Shown here in pieces: positions 59,946-64,000 of a stretch of DNA of 64,000 bases. Source of the DNA: Vicugna vicugna (Eukaryota); NCBI GenBank assembly GCA_013265495.1, contig MU057560.1, positions 2,108,909 to 2,172,908 of the forward strand. The letters run 5' to 3'. The notes below the pieces were generated by a model, which was not told the DNA's origin, searched no databases, and was given only the letters and a program-made list of their open reading frames with translations. Every line of letters begins with the position of its first letter. Position 1 is the stretch's first letter. Made by a program: the position numbers and the translations under genes.

Positions 59946-60045
59946 CGTCGTGTGGGAGCCGGCGGGCCCCGGGGGGAGAGTCGTCTCGCTGGCCGACAAC
60001 CACGTCCTGCTCTGGGATCTGCAGGAGAGCGGCAGCCGGGCGGCG
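59946..60045 (+). CDS. EIPR1: EIPR1 coding exon 5 ([34 protein letters not shown]), 100 nt, WD40 repeat
   Basis: cctaac branch point, pyrimidine tract, ccgcAG acceptor, GCG|gtgagt donor; phase 2 start fits exon 4; VVWEP, SLADNH and LLWDLQES match EIPR1. Confidence 0.94.
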
Positions 60046-60365
60046 GTGAGTGACGGGCCGCCAGCTTGGCCTCGCGTGCTGTCCCTCGGTCTTCGGCTGG
60101 TCACCGAGTCCGCGGCCTGATTCGTATAGGTTTAGGATTTTGGCATTGATTGCGGGCTAATTAATGAACGCACTGAATCATCAGTCAGAGAACTGAGTGA
60201 GTGGCTCTTTCAGGCAAAAGCTGCTTGGGATTTGGGCCTCAAGGCTGTGTACAAATACAACACAGAATCTGGAAGTTGACGAAACTACCCCCTTTGGCCA
60301 TTAATTTGTCCAGAAGAGTTAGTGAGATAGCCAAAAGTATATGCTTCTGTGTCAAGGGTTATGTC

Positions 60366-61169
60366 TTTTTTTTTTAAATTGAAGCACAGTCAGTTTACAG
60401 TGCTGTGTCCATCCCTGGTGTACAGCACCATGTTTCAGTCATACATATAATACACATACTCGTTTTCATATTGTTTTCCCTTACAGGCTATTACAGGGTG
60501 CTGAGTGTCATCCCTTGTGCTGTGCAGTATAAACTGGTTGTTCATCTGTTTTATATACAGCAGTTAGTATCTGCAAATCGCAGACTCCCAGCTTGTCCCT
60601 TCCCACCCTCTCCTCCCTGGAGCCATAGGTGTGCTTTCTATGTCTATGAGTCTGTTTCTGCCTTGTAAACGAGCTCATTTGTGGGTTTTTGTTTGTTTTT
60701 TAGATTCCACATGTGAGTTCGATATAATTTGGTTTGTCTTTCTCTGCCTGACCTGCTTCACTTAGTATGATAATCCCTGGGTCCATCCGTGTTGCCGCAA
60801 ATGGCAATGTTTTATTCTTTTTTATGGCTGAGTGGTATCCCACGGTGTATATATACCACAACTTCTTTATCCAGTCACCTGTTGATGGACATTTAGGCCG
60901 TTTCCATGTCTTGGCTATTGTAAACAGTGCTGCTATGAACACTGGGGTGCAGGTGTCATTTTGGAGCAGGGTTCCTTCTGGGTATATGCCCAGGAGCGGG
61001 ATTCCTGGGTCATATGGTAAGTCTATTTCTAGTCTTTTGAGGAATCTCCATACTGTTTTCCACAGTGGCTGCACCAAACTGCATTCCCACCAGCAGTGTA
61101 GGAGGGTTCCCTTTTTCCCACACCCCCTCCAGCATTTATCATTTGTGGATTTTTGAATGATGGCCATTC
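60366..61169 (-). mobile_element. Young 5'-truncated LINE1 (camelid type) with the ORF2 C-terminal Cys-rich region
   Basis: ORF 60700-61227(-) encodes [33 protein letters not shown]...[13 protein letters not shown]; poly-T start; imperfect TSD tgtcaagggttatgtc / tgtcaagtatatgtc. Confidence 0.95.
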
Positions 61170-64000
61170 TGTCAAGTATATGTCTTTTTAATGAATGGAT
61201 TTTCAACATCTCTTTGGTTAAGATCACCTTTTAGGTAGGAGCAGTCGTCAAATGCAGATTTCCTGGTGTTGACTAGCTCGTGGAAGTACGTTGACTGTGA
61301 CGTGGGGACCTTTCCCCTTGCCCCTCCCCTCCTTCACTCACTGGCAGGCAAGGTCCTGAGGTTTAGCCATCAGACGTGTCAGCTGCTCCGTACACGTGGT
61401 CCCTGGGTCGCTGACCCGCACGGAGGCTGTCTCCTGTCCTGCCCTGTCAGTCACCTACGGAGCCCTGTCCTCAAGGATGGAGAGTAGCTCTGTCAGCAGG
61501 TCCTCCCCGACCAGAAGGTGACGCCCCTCTCAACGGGCCTGTTCATCTCCAGGCCTGTTTAATGCTTGGCATCACCTTTCGTGGGAACCAGTTTGGCTTT
61601 CAGACATTCATCACTTCAAATACTTTGTCTTTCCTGGAGTAAATATTCTACCAATTGGTATATATTTTTTCATATCTGATTCCTTAACATTTCTGCTCAT
61701 AAAATGTGTTTACATGCATTCATGATTTCATTGCAGTTGAATGTCAGAGCAACAACTTTAGAGAGAAAATAAAGAAATTTGAAACGATAAAGCCTGTAAT
61801 GCCACGCACCCCTAGGGGCCAGACTGCGGCACGTGGTCGGGAGGGGCTGGGGGTGTCTGTGGCGTGGGCTTCGTAGGGGTACGTGAATCTCGCCTCTGTC
61901 CGCGTGTGCCTGGGGCGCCTTTAGCTCTTCTCCCCCGTGGCACCTGCAGCGCTGACAACCCCTTCGTCACCCTCTGGTCGAGGAGATGCGTGAGTAATGG
62001 TTTATCATTATCAGCATGTGGCAGAAAATTCACACTTTCAAAATCTGAAGTGACCTGCTAGGGTCTTAAAGCTTCACGGTCAGAAGGGTGTCTCCCAGGC
62101 CTCAGTGTGAGGTTGAGTTGGCCTGTTTTCCTAGCACACTAATAATACTTCAGAAAAAAGGTCACTGTTTTTATTAAGATGCTACAAAGTAGGACGCAGC
62201 TCTGTATCCTGGAGGAGATGCGAATTTCACCTGAACTTTCAGGCGGAAGCAGGAAACTGGAAGGAAGCGGAGTGCCTCGGATTGTCCCTGCAGCCCCTGC
62301 AGGTCTGGGCTGGACGCTTGTACAGCACCCCCTCCCAGGGGACCTGTTGGGGCATCTGGCCGGAGTCCAGGGGGCCCTCTCCTGCCCCCTCCCTCAGGAG
62401 GTGTTCCTGAAAACTGCGCGCTGAAGACAGGGAACAGCGCTTTCCTGTCACAGTGCCAGGCCTCGTGGCAGGCGTGGGGCGGGCGGCTCGGCCCTGGTCC
62501 AGAGGGTGCTTGGAGCCTCTGAGCACCTGCTGCCCCGCCTGGCAGGCGACCCCGGGAGGAAACGGCGGCTCCGACTGCATTAGGATTCAGTGGGCGCTCG
62601 GTGCCCGACTCCGCCGTCCCGTCCTGTAATCAGACTGTGAGCGCGTCTTCAGACCCTCAGTCATCTCAAAATGATTTTACGGTAGGGTGATTAATCTGTA
62701 ACTTATTTTCTGCAGAGACCAATTTGGTTTTCTCTCCCCCTTTTTATCTGCTGTCAGCAGTTCTGTCGATACCTCTCTGTGGTTCTGGCCGCCGTGTCTC
62801 ACACCCTCCCTTCCTATCGATTTCGACCGTCTTCACGCCCGGCTCCACGATTTTTTTTTTTTTTATTGTTTGAGGATATTGCCTTCCTTGGTGAATCTAA
62901 TCTTATGCTCACTGCATCATTACCTTTTGCAATTAAATTGGAGGCTCTTTGCCATTTATAATCATTAGCAGAGCCCAGGGGAGGCCTGTTGGGGGAGCTC
63001 CATGGGGTCCCAGACACCAGTGAAGGCAGAGCAGGGCCTCCCCGTTTGGGTGTGCACTCGCGCATCTCTGGGTCCTGGCAGCTTTCGCTGGCTGCAGAAA
63101 TAAGCAGCTTCTCTCAAGGTGTGGGGGCGGCAGAGCCAACGGAAGAGGGGAGAGGTGGCCGTGGGAACTGACTGCCCCCGCCGCTGCCTGTCCGTGCAGG
63201 AGCCCCTGGAAGAGGAAACTGGTGTCACCTGCTTGGGCGCAGGGCCTGAGGGTGTTTACCCAGGGAGCATTTGTTTGGAGGAAGCCAGGGGTGTTGGTCA
63301 GGGTTTCTGATCCCAGCTTTAGAAGGAACCACGGAGGAGCAGGGACACATTGGCGGAAGGAACTGGCAGTGACTGGAGAGCGTTAAATGCTGCATGTTGC
63401 CCACTGTGCCTGGGAGCGCAGGGCCTGTCTGCTGTGTGAGGACACAGCCAGGCAGGGGTGATCCTGGGGACCAGCAGCCCGGCTCCCCACTTCCCTGCGC
63501 TGGGATTCCTCTTTCCCTTGACCTCCCCATCTCCAGGGAGATTTTGTCCTGTGAGGGTGGATTTGATTTTAGGAAACAGTCCAAAGTTCTTTGGAGCAAA
63601 ATCTAGTAAATTAGATAGTTAACCAAGCTTTATAAAGTAAAGCTGGTTAGTGGAAAACATGTTAAAACTCTGAAAACTGGTTTTCTTGGGAGACTCCTAA
63701 AGAGGCATTCTGGAATGTTTCGAGCAGAGTCTGCGTTGTTACCACAATAATGCCCCTAGACCCACGGCGCGGAGACAGCGGGCATCTGAGTTCTCGTTTC
63801 AGGGTATTTGTTTTTGAGAAAGAAGCCATGATCTCTAAGAAAACGTGGAGTATAGTAACTTACTTACTAGGTTCCATAGCTTGATATCATAGCACAATAA
63901 CTGCTCATGCCTTTTGGTTTTCTAAATATTGGGGACAACTAGTACTTTTAAATTTTCCAGGTGGATCTTGGAAAAAACCTATTAGATGCAAAGTGGACTG

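Noticed and set aside
60700..61227. 175-aa minus-strand ORF as a gene
   Set aside because: C-terminal fragment of L1 ORF2 in a 5'-truncated insertion; its N-terminus is flanking DNA.
1282..63606. Hundreds of 60-250 aa ORFs in the six-frame track
   Set aside because: Pro/Gly/Arg/Ala-rich, overlapping in all frames, often non-ATG starts: expected from stop-poor GC-rich intron. Only the EIPR1 exon pieces and LINE remnants have recognisable homology.

Overview
Mammalian genomic DNA, most likely camelid (camel/alpaca/llama-type tRNA-derived SINEs and young L1 3' ends). The whole window lies inside one + strand gene, EIPR1 (TSSC1; EARP/GARP-interacting WD40 protein). Four coding exons are present (4667-4750, 14558-14690, 46187-46343, 59946-60045), with canonical GT-AG sites and compatible phases; the first exon and 3' exons lie outside the window. 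The rest is very GC/CpG-rich intron with LINE1, LINE2, MIR, MLT1, an ERV1-type solo LTR, SINEs and minisatellites; nearly all ORFs in the track are spurious. I found no convincing new gene system. Best leads: (1) strongly GC-directional amino-acid change in exons 4-5 versus an AT-rich, unchanged exon 2, suggesting GC-biased gene conversion; (2) a near-consensus REST/RE1 site inside a LINE2 tail; (3) a still-readable ancient CR1/L3 reverse-transcriptase fragment; (4) candidate truncating exons and motif-dense intronic enhancer candidates. All comparisons with human protein or repeat consensus sequences are from memory and need checking by alignment.
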